Shown: piece after piece, positions 43,970 to 64,000 of the stretch
How the letters are laid out: every line of letters begins with the position of its first letter
How positions within the stretch are numbered: position 1 is the first letter of the stretch
Assembly: GCF_009914755.1 (NCBI RefSeq)
Contig: NC_060933.1
DNA length: 64,000 bases
Strand: one strand, 5' to 3'
DNA from: the human T2T-CHM13v2.0 reference genome, Homo sapiens
Notes under the pieces: model-generated
What the model was told of the DNA's origin: nothing
Seen by the model: the letters and a program-made list of their open reading frames with translations, nothing else
The model's database searches: none
Made by a program: the position numbers and the translations under genes

Positions 43970-46900
43970 TATTCCTTAAACATAACCTCTGAGAATCCTT
44001 CCCTCATTCTACTATTTAGATAAAATTAATTACTACTTCCCTCTGTCTCCCATAGTGCTTCATATCTCTTGGCATTTCTCATAGTGTAGCATAATTTTTT
44101 ATGTGTCTCTTGCTTTGAGGAACTATAGTTTGTTTGCTACTGCATCCCCGATGACTTGCACAGGGCCTGGCACATAACAGATGCTCAATAAATGTTTGTT
44201 GAAAAAATGACTAGTTAGGCAGTTAGATTCTTAGTGTGGTTGGAGAAGAGCCTTCAGAACAGTCTTGAATGAAAAAGGGGTAATACACTTCATCTCCTCT
44301 TATAAGGATACCTGATATTAAGCCTCCCTAGATGGAGGCCCATGTAGTGGAAAGTATAGGTCTCCTAGAACACTCCAAAAACTACCAGCCAGTCTAATTT
44401 AAGAGACTTTCTGTTAACTATGCAGAAAGAAAGGCAGGATGTTTCAAAATCATGTGTCCCATGTCCTGTCCTTCTTTTGGATTACCCGGGAATTTTAGAA
44501 ACCAGTGAAGTACCATTATTGAAAGCACAGCTAAACAAACTGGCTGAACAAGCAAGTTCCAAGCACGAAGTGCAGAAGGAATGAGTTCCCTTACTCCCCA
44601 GTAAGGGCCTAAGAAGCAATTAACAAAATGTTCTCTGCCTCTAATCTCCCTCTCACCCCCAGCCAGGACACAGTACATTGCCTGAGTTCTCAGTGATGAC
44701 ACAGGCCATCATCCTAGGGTCAAGAAGCTTAAAATTCTGCCAGAAACACATGACATTAGAATGTGAAAAATACAGAGATGCTTTATATTGCGATATTGAT
44801 AATTTTGCAATTGTAAGCCTTGTTCTGATTCCACGTGGCATTAAGAATTTTAAGAAACTTCTGTTTCTGATTTATGCTGCTTAATTAAAAAGAACTAGGA
44901 TGTTGTTAAGGCTGTGTTGTTGGGTGAAATGTCGCTATGACATTTTTAAAACAGTGGAGTCACGGCTCAGCTACCTGATAACGTTAAAACTAAACAGAAA
45001 CTATATGTGCAGGCTGAGAGTAACTTCCCTACAAAAGAGGTCCTGTGCTTGGAATTACCTATTGGCTGGTTTGATGGCCTCATTTGAACTTCACTCACAA
45101 GTTGTTCTCTGTGGCTCAGAGCAGAATTCTACCTCATGCTTAGTGGTCTAGTATATTTCCAATGTCTGCACATTTATAATTTGTAAGGAATGTCTTGTAT
45201 TTGTTCACAGTAAGGGCTCCTTGTGAGAATTACCCATTTTCTGTCTTTGGGTGGGTTTTACAAAAATAGCCACTTTTAGTCTTATGAAGGCACCTATTTC
45301 TTCATAATATTAGGGGATATTTTGAATTACTCTGGGAATCATGATGATGAATTTTCATACTAACTGCCTTTTTGGCTCATCCTGTCTTTTTAGTAATACT
45401 TGCTCAGTGGGGAAGGAGCAGAATAGCATAAAGCATAGAGACCGATGAATTAAGAAGACGGGAGAGCAAAATTTAGGAGAAAAAGAGACCCAGGAAATGG
45501 ACAAAGAGAAATAAATTCCAGGGAAGGAGAAGGAAAGAGGGGGACATATGTGGAGAAGAGAGAAGACGTAGTTTCAGGAATTGGAGGTGACTGTGCAGGA
45601 AACCAGCAGCTCATACAGCAGGTATTTTGGGAGTGTGGGGGGAAGGGCCCCAGGCACCCATTTGCTGTTTACACATCTCATGCTCTTTGCTATTCACTTT
45701 ACTCTCATTATCCTGTCAAATCCTCCGAAGAACCCTGTGGGATATTAACATCCTGGTTCAGTGAAGTTAAGTCACTTGCCTAATGTCACTTAGTAAGTGG
45801 CAGAAATGGAATGCCCAGGAGTGTTCTGACCTCAAAGCCCATTCTTATGGTCAAGTCCAAGGGGCTTTCTTTTTCCTGGCTCAGGGCATTCTGCAAACCA
45901 TGGTCATAACTGAAGTCAAATTTGGATGCCCATTCACTTGAGGGTGGATATTAGGAGAGGGTCCTACATGTGTGCAGTTAGGCTGTCATCAACCTGCCTC
46001 TCTGCTCCGAGTGGACGGAATGGAGTTTCAATTGCCTAGGGTGCCTTGCCTTAGTATAACTGCGAGGTGGGTAAATGAGTTGAGTCTTCCATACTCTCTC
46101 CTCTGGAATGTACCTCCCTTGGACCCTCATACAGTAAATGCCCTTGTGACCAATCTTCTTTACTTCAGTCCCATATTTCACTGGCTGGGGACTCTGCCCT
46201 CTTTTAAAGGAAACTTAAGTGCCACTGGTTATCTGACTTCAAACCCTGCCCGGTCATTTGCCTTGCAATGAAACTACATATACAACTCCTGCAAAAAGCT
46301 CTTAAAGAGTAAGAAAATTGCTAGCAGCTCCCAAGTAATCAGACCTGGAATGTAGATCCTCCACCACTTTTCTCTCATCTCATTTTCAGCCATTTGTTGG
46401 AACTGTTTCTTCAGCTCTCTTGTTGCCTCATGGAATGAATCTCCAACATTCTCTCCAGCTGTATTCCCTACTCCCATTATGTGAGGTTAAGCCCTTTCTG
46501 TCTTTTGTTAAGCCCCTCCATTAGCATTGTAAATAGCCCCATGTCAGGGTCTCTTCATTGTTCCTCTTAAAGATTTTTTGCCAGATTATTCTTACCCAAA
46601 ACACAATGTAGGTCTTGCTGTATGTTCACTTGGTCACACCAATTGCAGAATAAAACTCCCACACCTTAGTTTGGCTTTTGAAGCCCTCCACCCAGTCCCA
46701 CAGAGACTCATCCCACCTTACCTTCTAGTACTCTCCAATCCAGTGTTCCCTATTCCAGGGCATATTTAGAATTTTTCCCATTTCTTTGCCTTTATTCCCA
46801 CAATTCCGTCTGCTTGGAAGTCATTCTCCCTTCATCCCCACATGTCCAAATCTGTCTGTAATTCCAATGCCAGATATCCCCAAAACCTTTTATTAGCACT

Positions 46901-47489
46901 CTCTTCCCCATCCTTCTGGCTGAAGTGATGATCTCCCACTATCTTTTATTTAAAACTCTTTCAAGACAATTGCATTTTTAAATTTGTATTTGAAATATCT
47001 AGGTAATAAGCACCAGTGTTATGTATTCTTGCAGAAATTTGCTCCACAGAATTATGAACAGTTGACACGTTCTTCCTGTGTTTTCCCCACATGTGTGAGA
47101 TAGTGGGAAAACACTGTTATCAGAGCTATGTTTAAAAGGAATAATTACCATAAAACTCTATACATTACACATCCAGAATTAAGTAAAGCATAGACACTGG
47201 AATATAACAGGTACTCTACAGATATTTGTGAATGAATGAATACATAAGCAAATGAAAATTCCTCAAGAGTTCAGTCTTTAAAAATCCCTAACCTTACAAT
47301 CATTACCATGTTAAACACTTCTGGGACTTATCTATGAGGACTCCAGAACTCTATAAGACCCCACAGTCTTATGGTTATCGGGGGTACCCATGTGTGCACC
47401 AGATATTCCATCTGGGACCTGTGGGCTTTACCTTCCCTAAAGTAAGTTCCATACCTGGCTTACACTAGAGGTGGCTAGACAATGAGAAT

Positions 47490-48400
47490 AGTTTGGCTGG
47501 TTATAAAATTCTCAGGTCATGTTTTCATTTCTTTAGAATTTTATCCATGGTTTTTCATTGTATTCTACAGTCTATTCTAATTCATTACGTTGTCATATAT
47601 CTTCTATATGTTGCTAGAAAGGAGTCAGAAGCCAATAGAAGTTTTTATTCTCCTTGCTCTTTATAAGTGGGCATCCATAGAATATTTTTTATCTTTGGAG
47701 TTCAGCAACATCATCAATACTATGTCAGGCTTTCCTAGGGAAAGATATGTCTTTTTTATCTTCAGTTTCAAATCTTTATTCCAGGCTTATTTTCTTCTTT
47801 TAAATCTTTTAATATTTGTATTCCATTTTTTCTGTTCTCTTTTTCAGGAACACCAATTATAGGTATGTAGGATTCCCTTTGACTTCTACATCTATCATCT
47901 TTATAAAAATGTTAATATCTTCGTTTTTCTTAACTTGTTTTATGTCATTTCTTTAAGCCTCTTCACTGTATCCACAGCTGTTTTTCAGTTGTGTTTATTT
48001 TATATATGTGCTTTTAATGGGACTTTATCATGCTTTTATTTTTATTTTCCATTTCTCTGCCAACTTACTCTTTTTATCATCTTCTATAATCTCATAGTAA
48101 TCACCTATTTGAAATTCTGTATCTCTTCTTTAAGCTCATTCTACAGCTATATGAAATATTTTTGTGTCTTTTGAGATTTATTTGTAGAATCCTTCCTTTT
48201 TATCTGATGGTTCTTTTTCTGTTAAATGATCTTAATCCAATTTTTCTTCTTTTCTTCTTTGTTGGAGGAATTCAGTTTTGTTTAATTTTGCTTGCTTTAG
48301 TTTTGTAGTTTTATGCATAGGTCTCAAGTTGGTGCCTTTTTGTTTATTAGTTATTCTTGATTTGGGCTGCTAGCTTCTGAAGAATATATTTATGTACAAT
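47490..48400 (-). mobile_element. Highly degenerate L1M/HAL1-like fragment
   Basis: T-rich tract with ttggctggttataaaattctcagg and ttcaggaacaccaattataggtatgtagg, typical of antisense old L1 ORF1. Confidence 0.5.
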
Positions 48401-49887
48401 GAAAGAGAACAGTTAAATTGGAGCATTCTGCAACTTTAGTTGAGCCTTCTTATGTCAAAAGCCTTCTCACAAAATCTGTTATGTTTTGTGTTTGTTATTT
48501 ATTTTAATCTTAGGCATCTGATTTCAATTTTTGTCACTCAAAAATCTGGTGTGGTTTTTAGCAAAACCTCTAAGTCATAGTTGGTTAGTGTCATGATCTG
48601 GGGATGGCTGCCTCTTGTCTCTCTGTCATCCTGTTCTCCTCTGACTGTCTCTATCAACTAGGTGGTTATGCGGTGGATCATAGGAAGAGCCACTTGGCTT
48701 GTTTCCACTTCAGATCCAGCTCCCTGCTGATCTGTCAGGATATGACCTGCTTCTTTATGATATGTTTGTGAACTCAGATCTCATTGCCTCTAACAAAATG
48801 ACATTTCAACATGCCTTTAAGGGCAGTGGCTCTCGTTCTCGGTGCAGTCTGCTTTCTACTTGAGTTCTGAGGCATACATGTTCACTCTTACATATACACA
48901 TTTTACATGATTGGTCTGCTGTAGTTTATACTTGGGACAGCATTGCCATTTCTATTTAAATGAATTTTTTCCTTTAATAGTCTTAAACATGTGGTATTTG
49001 AGAGAACAGAATAAAATGGAAACACCTTTACATCTTTAAGCAAAGGTCCAGATGGCATGTTTTTAAAGGTCAAATCAGATGAAAAGAAAGCCATGTGTGG
49101 ATTATAGAAAATAGTCTATAAACTAGATAACACCAAAGTAATGGGAATTTGTTGCCCTTATGAGTTGGCTGTGTAATTCTTTGGAACCCTTCTCAGATGA
49201 AATAATGGTGGAAAAACAACTTTAAAATGTAGGAAACTAAGTATAAGGTGGTAATATTCTCTATAGAAAATAATTTATGTAAGTCAAATTTATCCTAAGA
49301 AACTTAGTTGCTGGAATACCCAAAGGCCTTTTTATTTATTTGGCTTCAAATATTTGTACTTATTATCAAAGGAAAATATATTAGTGTCCTTAAGCAGAGG
49401 CAAATAGCTATTGCATAAATGTGAGATAAAGCCATGTTGCTTTGATGTGTTCTAGAATCATACAGAATAGCAGAGCAGCATCCTAAGCAATGAGCTAATT
49501 GCCAGGTTCTCTGACATTCTGGATGAATGCTTGAGCATGTACCAATGAAGCCTCCTGTGTGGCAGTATTACTTGTCACCCTCCCCTACCATTGGTTTACA
49601 AAGGGATGGCAACTATGTAGCACTTGCGCTGCCACTTCTCTCTCTCCCAGTCCATAAATGAGTGCTAATTCATGATCTTACCCTTAGGTCGAACATGGCC
49701 TCAGAATCTTTCCCAGTACAAAACTTAAAGCACTACTATAAATCCATTCAAGTTGGTGTGACAAAAGCAATCGGTTTGCCACTCTTTGTCTAACTTGCCA
49801 TTGGACTTCCTGATTTGATGATCTTCCAAAAATAATGATGAGCCAGTAGAAATGTGTGAAATTATACATAGAAAATGAGATTGTCTA

Positions 49888-53063
<3,176 letters not shown>

Positions 53064-53203
53064 AGAAAATGAGATTGTCTAACTGTCAGGAAACAGTCTA
53101 TTTGCTTGTTTTCCAGGCCATTTGAGTAGGGTGACTGACATTCAATTTAAATATTTATTGATGCCTTCTCTGGGCCAGTCCTGCTGAACTGGAGAAAGGA
53201 GAT

Positions 53204-53896
<693 letters not shown>

Positions 53897-54212
53897 AATA
53901 TGAATATAATATAGGCCTTGTCTTTAAGGAGTCAGCCAATTAGTCAGCTAGTATTTATCCAACACTTCTTCTGGCAGATATAATACTTAGCACTGGGGTT
54001 ATAGCAGAGAACAAAAGAGATACTGACCTTGTCCTCATGAAATGAATAGTCTAAAAGGAAGATGGGAATTCAGCATATATAATGGTTAACTAACAAATAC
54101 ATAAAGTCCTACAAAGTAGTAGACTGTATACCACTACTTTCATTTGACCATGGGTTCCGAGTTTGTTGTGGGTGGAGAGGTTTTCTAGCTAATGTTAGAG
54201 ATAGCTGCAGAA

Positions 54213-54537
54213 GGCCAGGCATGGTGGCTCACACCTGTAATCCCAGTAATTTGAGAGGCCAAGGCAGATGGATCACTTGAGCTCAAGAGTTCAAGACCAG
54301 CCTGGGCAACATGGCAAACCCCCATCTCTACAGAAAATACAAAAATCAACCAGGTATGGTGGTGTCTGCCTGTGGTCCCAACTATTTGGGGGTGCTGAGG
54401 CAAGATAATTGCTTGAGTCTGGGAGGCAGAAGTTGCAGTGAGCCAAGTTTGCACCATTGCACTCCAGCCTGGGTGATGGGAGTCAAACCCTGTCTCCAAA
54501 AAAAAAAAAAAAAAAAAAAAAGAAAGAAAGAAAAAAA
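54213..54537 (+). mobile_element. AluJ
   Basis: cttgagctcaagagttcaagaccagcctgggcaac; TSD aga(g/a)atagctgcagaa at 54197-54212 / 54538-54553. Confidence 0.92.
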
Positions 54538-54559
54538 AGAAATAGCTGCAGAAGCAAAC

Positions 54560-56350
<1,791 letters not shown>

Positions 56351-56357
56351 GGCTTTC

Positions 56358-56830
56358 ATCTCAGTTTGGATCTTTCCAGAAACATGCCATGAGACAAAAA
56401 AGCAGATACAAATAGTTTCTTTGGTAAGCCGAGGAAATATCAGTAGTGGAGTGGGACAGTGAGAAAGGGAAGGAAGACAGCTGACAAAGGATAAACTGTC
56501 AAGTCAGCTATCATCATGAGTCGCTGGAACTTAACTCAGTGGGAAAGTCTGTAACAGTGTAAAATGCATGCCTCAGAATTTTCTCAACCAAAAGGTGGGA
56601 AAGCTGAGGCATTTTTACTCCAAATACCTTCAAACGTTGGTTGAGGGTTGCTTCCTGGAGTTTTACTTCTCTGGCACTTCTAGCCTGCATTGCAGGTGAC
56701 TGAGCAATTATCCTCTGCTTCAGGAAAATAGCTCCAGATAAATAGAAGTTGCAGATACTGCACAGCTGGGAGTTGGGCCAGATCAACTGAAGCAGTAAGG
56801 CTCAGGGGTACATGCTAGCACCAATTGCTT
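56358..56830. mobile_element. Old MaLR (MLT1I/J-like) LTR
   Basis: tctcagtttggatctttccagaaacatgccatgagacaa...gaaagctgaggcatttttactcc pattern. Confidence 0.55.
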
Positions 56831-59800
56831 CTCCTAAGTTTGGAGGACTGACTTCAGCTGAGTGAATGGAGGCATGGCATTGAATGGACTCTCCATTAAC
56901 CTTTCATGTAATAATTTTGTGTGTGCTTGTTGCTAAATTCATAAACTTTCAATTTTGAGAGTCAAACATGTTTAATTAGAAATCTATAGGATAAAAACCT
57001 ACCCCCATCTTACATATGCAATTGATAATATAATCCTGATGATGCCTGGCTCCAGTTTCAATAGAAGTAAAAGCTCTTATTTGATTTAAAATAATCAGTG
57101 AATTAATCTAGGTATTTAGAAATTAAAGTGGGGAAACAAGCCCCCAGTCACAGAATTCATATCCTTAGGAAAAGTCATCATCCTATAGTTGGTGTCTATT
57201 ACTACAGAGATATAAATATAGGCATTGGCCTCAAATTTATACTATTTTGAGTTGATTTGAAAGATTTGAGTGGTAGTTTAGGCTCTGGAAATATGTTTCC
57301 CTTCTGAATTTTTTTCTTTGAAATTTGGGTAAAAATGATTTTTCTCCTGCATAATGATATGAATAACACTATTTACTCTTAAATGTGTTAATCTACTTAC
57401 TAAATATCAAAGAAATGATTGAAATGTTTCAAGGGGACATGGAGCTGAAAGGTGGAATGAGAGACTTCCGTTTGGGCTATAAGCCTTGTGGTTTTATTTG
57501 ACCTTTTAAACTCAGCACTTACACTACTTTATTTCTAAATGTTCTATGAAGGAATAAGAGTTTGTAGAACAAAAGAGAAGGGCTAAAAGAGAGACCAGTT
57601 AGAAAGAGGTGGAGAGTCAGAACTGGAGTGCAAAAGCACAAAGATTCCAGGCATACAAGGATGATAAATCACTTCCACAAATGAGCGCAAAGGGATATTG
57701 TGTACAATGCTTCCATGAAGAAAGAGGGCACTGATAGGTACCCACCTGGTTGAAATGAACAACTACTGTATTCCAAGCTTTGTGTTGACAGTTTTAACCT
57801 TTGCATGTCATTTTCCAGGGAGTGAGACCTTTAGAGCTGGATGCTTAAGTCTGTAACTTAAGTTTCTTCCACAAAGAGGATTTATTTTGCTTTTTGTGAC
57901 ATGATGGTGCTAGAACAAAATGTACTAAGAAAAATTTGATGGCAGTGATAGCATTATCTTGAGGGATAAAGAAGTGGAGTGAGAATGCTAAGTGTAGATG
58001 AAAAGGCCTCTTCAAAACCCATTTGGATTTGTAAAGTGCATGCCTGGAGACAGCTTGAGCCTCTAGAAATGAGAAGAACAATGGGAGAATGGTTTTATTC
58101 CCATCTGAATAATTGCAAGTTGACCTTCCTCCAACTAGAAAAGTGGGGTTGTGTCTGAGGACTTGGTTGGAGAATAATTTTTCCTTAGTTGCTTCATGAT
58201 ACTGAACAGGTCACTTAGCCTTTCTCCTCCTTACTTTCTTTCACAGTAAAATGAGATGGTAATCTCCACTTCTAAGGGTTGTTGTGGAGACCACATGAAG
58301 ACATTGATGTAACTCTGCCTGGCAGATGATGTAAAGTGCCCATTTGTGCCTTTTGCTTTCTTTGCTTTTGAGGCATTTGGCACTTTTATTATTCTTTGAT
58401 CAAAATGAGAGCTTTCACATGGGAAATCAATTTTTGGGGGATTTGGGTCTTCAAACTTTCATCCAAAAATAAAGACTATATATTCCATGACATAGTATGA
58501 GTAACAAATGAGAGAATTTGAAATGCAGCCTTAAAGGGTGTTAAAATAATTTTGTTTAACATGGACTGAAGATCAGCACAGAGCTCAGGTTTGATGGAGA
58601 GCATAAAATTAGACAAATTCCTGGATAAAAGACTTATAATCTAATTAGCCATCAAGATCCCATAAATATTTATGCAAAAATCGTATGACTGGAAAGAATT
58701 TCAAGTTAAATGCAAATATGATTTTGAAAAAAGAAAGCCCTTAACTTCCTTGTTCACTCTAACCTCTTATATGCATTCAACATGTCATCGAAATATTAAA
58801 AAAAGAAAAATCTTAAATCACTTTAGTGTGACAAGTTGTCTGTAGCCGGATGGTTGACTGGATATAAAACATTATACCCCTTCAGCTATTAAAGCTGTCC
58901 TTGAAAAAGAATATCTCTCAGTTTCCTTCAAGATCACTTGTGCTTTAATGAATAGCATTAAACCGCTTTGATTTTGATAATGTCATTTCATCAGCACAGT
59001 TTTTTGCCCTTGACCTATAAGAGATACAAGTGGGAGGTTCCTAAAAGTCATTTCAACATTGTCAGCTGAATATAAGTATGATTTTCTGAGCTGACTACAA
59101 ATGGAACAAGCTGTAAGAGTATTTTGTTCACTGCAGGTGTTCAAATATAGGCTCAATATATAGTAGTTATCATGTTGCCTCAGTTACTCTAAGATGTTCT
59201 GGCTCTAGGAAACCAAAGATGACGAGAAGAATATGGACACACATTAAGTTGAGGAAATAATTGGGTTATGGGGTATCTATCTCTCTACAAACTTGCAAAT
59301 AAGCACAACTGTTCACTGATGTTAAGCCAGAGAATATTTGGAACTCATTAGGTTTTACTTCCTTGTATTTTAGTGTGTGTCTCCACATACTTGAAAACCA
59401 CATTAACAAACTAGATTTGTACCCTTGCACTAAGGCTTACTTGTCTGATTTAGGGCAAGTTATGGACCTACTCTAGGCCTCAGTTTCCTTGTCTGTAAAA
59501 TGGGGTTATTAATAAGAGTGCCTGCCTTATAAGATTATTATGGGGGTTCATTAAGGCAATCCTGGAGAGTTTCACTCTGCCTACCTCACAGGAAGCATTC
59601 AAAATATAATCTTTTTATTAAAATAAAGACAAAAGAGTGTCTTATAAGGGGATTTTCCCATACCATAGGACCATTTGTCTCTCAAAAAAAGTATTACCTT
59701 TTTCAAACTGTAAAAGTTCTTTTCTGAAACTCTAAGCATAGGTTGGGTACTTGGACTAGATTCATGGGATATGTTTTTACCCCAGACTTCATTATTTTAA

Positions 59801-61198
59801 GTATTTAATTCATAGCATTCATTTAGACTAAATATTTCAATATTTTTTTCTCTCAAAATACTGATAGCCTGGCTATCCTAGGTAAGCATTGTGTAGGATA
59901 AGGAGCTAGCACGGTAAAGTAGGAAGCCCTCTGACTTTAGAGTGCCGTGGCCATAGTTTATGTTCTAGCTTTGACACTTGTTAGCCAGGTAGTCACCTGA
60001 GGCAAGTTACTTAACCTCTCTGAGCCTCAGTATCCACAATTGTTAAAAAAAAAAAAAGATAATATTATTTTTAAAGGACTGGAAGAAAAGCATAATGAGT
60101 TATTTCATGTTATATCATATGGTACTGGGTATCCAGCAAACAATCTTTCCAAAGATTGCAATTTTCACTTTTCAGCCAGCCAGGTATGTCTGCATGATTA
60201 AACACAGCCTGAGAGTGCTTTGTCCCCACCCCACAAGCAGCAGGAATATCTTCTGTCTTGCCTTTGTCCTAACACAGAATTGATGTAAGTTTCTGGATTG
60301 TTCCCAGGCTGTGTCAGTACAAAGGCCCTAAATAAATGCTTTGGTTAGAAACAGTTTTGGCTCATTCACAAAGCAGTGACAAAAGTGACCAACTTCCAAA
60401 GGCAAAGCAAATGATTCTGTGACTGGCTTTATTTGCTCAGGGAAGAATTTGTGAATTTTGTGCCAACAGCATATGTACACATTGCTGTAGCTATCTCTTC
60501 CTCCTTTTTAGAGCCATTGAGGCTTCTTAGCTTGATGGGCTAAACTAGAGAGAATTCGAGTTTTTGTGTTATTAAGTTTGGGACATTCTAGCTTCAATCT
60601 TACCATTGCTTTTGATTTTTGTTTTCTGGGTCTTGTAAAAGCTTTGGGGGTTTGACCTACCATTTTGTTAGCATTGACCCATCACGGAGCTCTACATGCT
60701 GGGTTTTTATGTTCTTGGTTGTCCAGATGGGTTTGTTCTGTGCTGTGGGGAATGCAGTTAATTAAGGCCTTCAGGCAGAACCTACAAGTGCTTTTTAGGT
60801 TTTTCTTGCTGATTGGTTCATCATTCTCCTTAACTTATTATCCACATTTCTCCTCCAATCTCAAGAATGAACTTCTCATAAAGCCCCACCGGCTGACATA
60901 TAGCCTGCAAAGCACTGCCTGTTTGACTGCCTTGTGGTTTCTCTGTGAGGAAAAATAATTGTCAAAATTATTCATATTTAAATCTTAAGCTTTTCTGAAA
61001 ATAGATGTGAACAAATTAGGTGTCCTGGGAATTAACCTAAGCTAAGTAATTAATGATCTTTTTATCTGTGTGAATAAGGAGAATGTTTAATAAGTATTGC
61101 TAATGTTCTCTAAAAGCAGTCCCTTCTTATTGAACAGAATAGTATCATAGTTTGTTCCTATTTGGTGTCTGAACACTCCACGACAAAAATAGAGAACT

Positions 61199-61247
61199 GA
61201 ACTACAAATGCTGAGGGTAAGAACTACAAATGCTGAGGGTAAGAACT
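61199..61247. repeat. Perfect tandem duplication, 2 x 22 bp
   Basis: gaactacaaatgctgagggtaa at 61199 and 61221, then gaact. Confidence 0.95.
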
Positions 61248-62260
61248 TTCATTCAACAAATGTTTATGGAACACTTGGCATGTGCTAAACAGTACACACA
61301 TCAAAAAATTTACCCCTCATAATACAAAGGAGTAGACAGAAATGCAGCAAGTTTCAGGGACTAGCTTGCTTACTTGATTCCAGTTGTCATCTGGCTTCAA
61401 ATCCACACCTGTCAGACTAAAACTAGTGCTGAAGTCTGTTGAACAGGTGCTTTTTCATCTAGGTGCAAAGTTACATACATGTGCTCAGGTGATGGGGTTG
61501 GTGCTGATTTGGAGAGGAAATCTTGCTCTTCTGGTGGCATTCTAGTGACATCCGGCTGAAGCACAGGTTGTTTAATGAACCCATCTAGATTTTACTCTGT
61601 AGGTCACAAGCCAGCAAGTACTAAGACAAAAAAAAGGACAAATGGATGAGAACACTGTAACAGGTGTTAACTTCATCCAAAGTTTATTTATAGATAGTGG
61701 CACGGTCAGTTAGCAGATGTAAATCTTTTGGGGGGGCTAATTTATGTTAACCATTCCAGGTTGGGTGACAAAATAATATCAAATCCCTGGAATAATTTTT
61801 ACCACCCTGTGAGGTGTGGAGCTTCAATGACATAGGAAAGAAGAGCAGGTCTCCTAAATATCGTCATTGAATGTATCTTGGTAGGAATTTGTGGGTATTT
61901 GTTTGAAATTATGAAAAACTCAGGACATGTATCAGGGAGTCACCATCCCTGCATGCTTATTTTATGCTAAAATGAACCAATGTATCAGACAGTAAACTAA
62001 CCATCATCCAGAAAGCTAATGACCAGGTATGTGGGTTAAGCCCTTTACTTCCTTTTTTTTAAATTATTTTTACAGAGAAGAAGTTGATGTGGTGACTAAG
62101 TGTTCAAACTTGGGGCCAGACACTTGGGTATAAATTCCAGCTCTAATACTTATCAGCTGTGTGAACCTGGGCACTTTGCTTAAACTCTCTGTAAATGTTT
62201 CTCATCTATAAAATGCAGTTTATAATTGGATCTATTTCATAGAGTTGTTATGAGTTTTAA

Positions 62261-62606
<346 letters not shown>

Positions 62607-64000
62607 AAAATTTTGCTGTTTTTTTTCATTCCCGTGATCCTTACATTTTGATAGCATTATAAATTTTTTCCCTAAAAATTAAAGGGGAAAGATGAAGTAG
62701 AAGTAAAACTAAAAGTGTTTGTTTTTCAGGGTGTTTGTTTGTTTGTTTAGTAATTTTAGCACAAGAACCAGGTGAACCAGGTTGTTTGACTTCATTCATT
62801 CATTTTCTTTCCAACATGAATATTATGATTGACTATGCATTAATCAGAGTCTTTTGCAGATATGAGAGGGGAGGGGGTTGGAGGTGAGAGGAGAGGGAGT
62901 TGGAGCTAAAGGCAAACTTTTAGTCACCCCTTCCACAGTTCTTCTTGGAACAATCGTAAATATCTGCCATGTGTTGTTCACTTAGGTAACATTTAAAGCA
63001 CCAGGCCAGATGCTGTGAGAGACATAAAGCATTATGTAAGTCAGAGATCCCTGTTGATTATAATCAGGATTGAAAGATAACACATATGTCTATAGGAAGT
63101 TAAATAAGAACTTTGGAGTCTGACTGAAAGAAAATGAGTGCACAAAAAGCAAATCAGACTGGGCTTAAGAGGGTTTAAGAGATGGTGATTTTCTCACTCT
63201 GTCATTGACATAATGTTGCCTGTGGTTAAGCACGAAATCAATGGCTGAGATGGTAAGTGTTGCATGGCTTATTGGTAGATCAAAGCATGACTGTTATGAA
63301 TGATTGACTGAGTTGAATACAGTCATCTGAGAAGGCTTCATGGCAGGGGTAGAAACTGAACTATGCCTTGAAGGATATGTAGGAGTTGGAAAAGCAAAGA
63401 GAAAATAAAGGATGCAAATACTTGTAGGAACTCCAATTTGTTTGGGGAATAAATTTACAATAGGATATTATTTTTGTCATTTTTCTTGCAGCATGGTATT
63501 TTTAAAAGAGATATTTAAAGGCAATTCTCAATAATAATCTGCTCCATGCTGTGCCTGATTCTGGGCCAGATGAAGGTTGAGAGGAAAAATTGGGATTCAT
63601 GGAAAAGGACAGAAGAGGAGGCTGCAGGTGATTTAACAATAGAGTAAGCAGAAAGTTCTTTGTCATCTGTTCATCACCACTGGAGACAAAACAGAAAAGA
63701 TGACTGTTTTAGTGTGAGGGATTTAAATAAATAAGGAAAAGCATTTTGACATCCCCATGACTCTCACTTTAATCAATTATTAAATCTTATCTATTTGCTA
63801 TTTTAATAATTTTGAATTCACTCACCTGCCTGTCTGAAATGCCAAATTCTTAAGCCACCATCTCCTTTTGTCTAGATGATCATAGGAGTCTTCGGCCACT
63901 TTACCATATTCATTCTTCTCTCACTCTCTGCCAAATGAACAATCTTTAATAAAAGCAAATCAGATCATGGCAGTTTTCTTCCTTAAAACCTTTCTATAAT

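Overview
Human/primate-type genomic DNA, AT-rich and dominated by transposable elements. I could not support any cellular protein-coding exon, so the window looks intronic or intergenic. Main contents: (1) a full-length L1PA2-type LINE-1 (66-6143, minus) with intact ORF1 and ORF0, a disabled ORF2 and a short 3' transduction; (2) an L1-retroposed, polyadenylated copy of an ERV1 (MER41-type) transcript (14144-15636); (3) a deleted HERV-K14/HML-1-type provirus (21373-25800, minus; two LTRs, tRNA-Lys PBS, 6-bp TSD) carrying a spliced TRPC6 mRNA fragment and about 230 bp of an ERV1/MER41-type 3' end with a SPRE-like motif; (4) a 5'-inverted (twin-primed) L1PA at 49888-53063; (5) further L1 fragments, ten Alus, MaLR LTRs, MIR/L2 relics and unexplained local duplications. 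The chimeric provirus is the most interesting object. TRPC6 capture by HERV-K14I has, to my recollection, already been published; the ERV1 module inside it and a possible cryptic-splice scar are the parts I cannot place as known. Subfamily names come from remembered consensus sequences, not from a database search.
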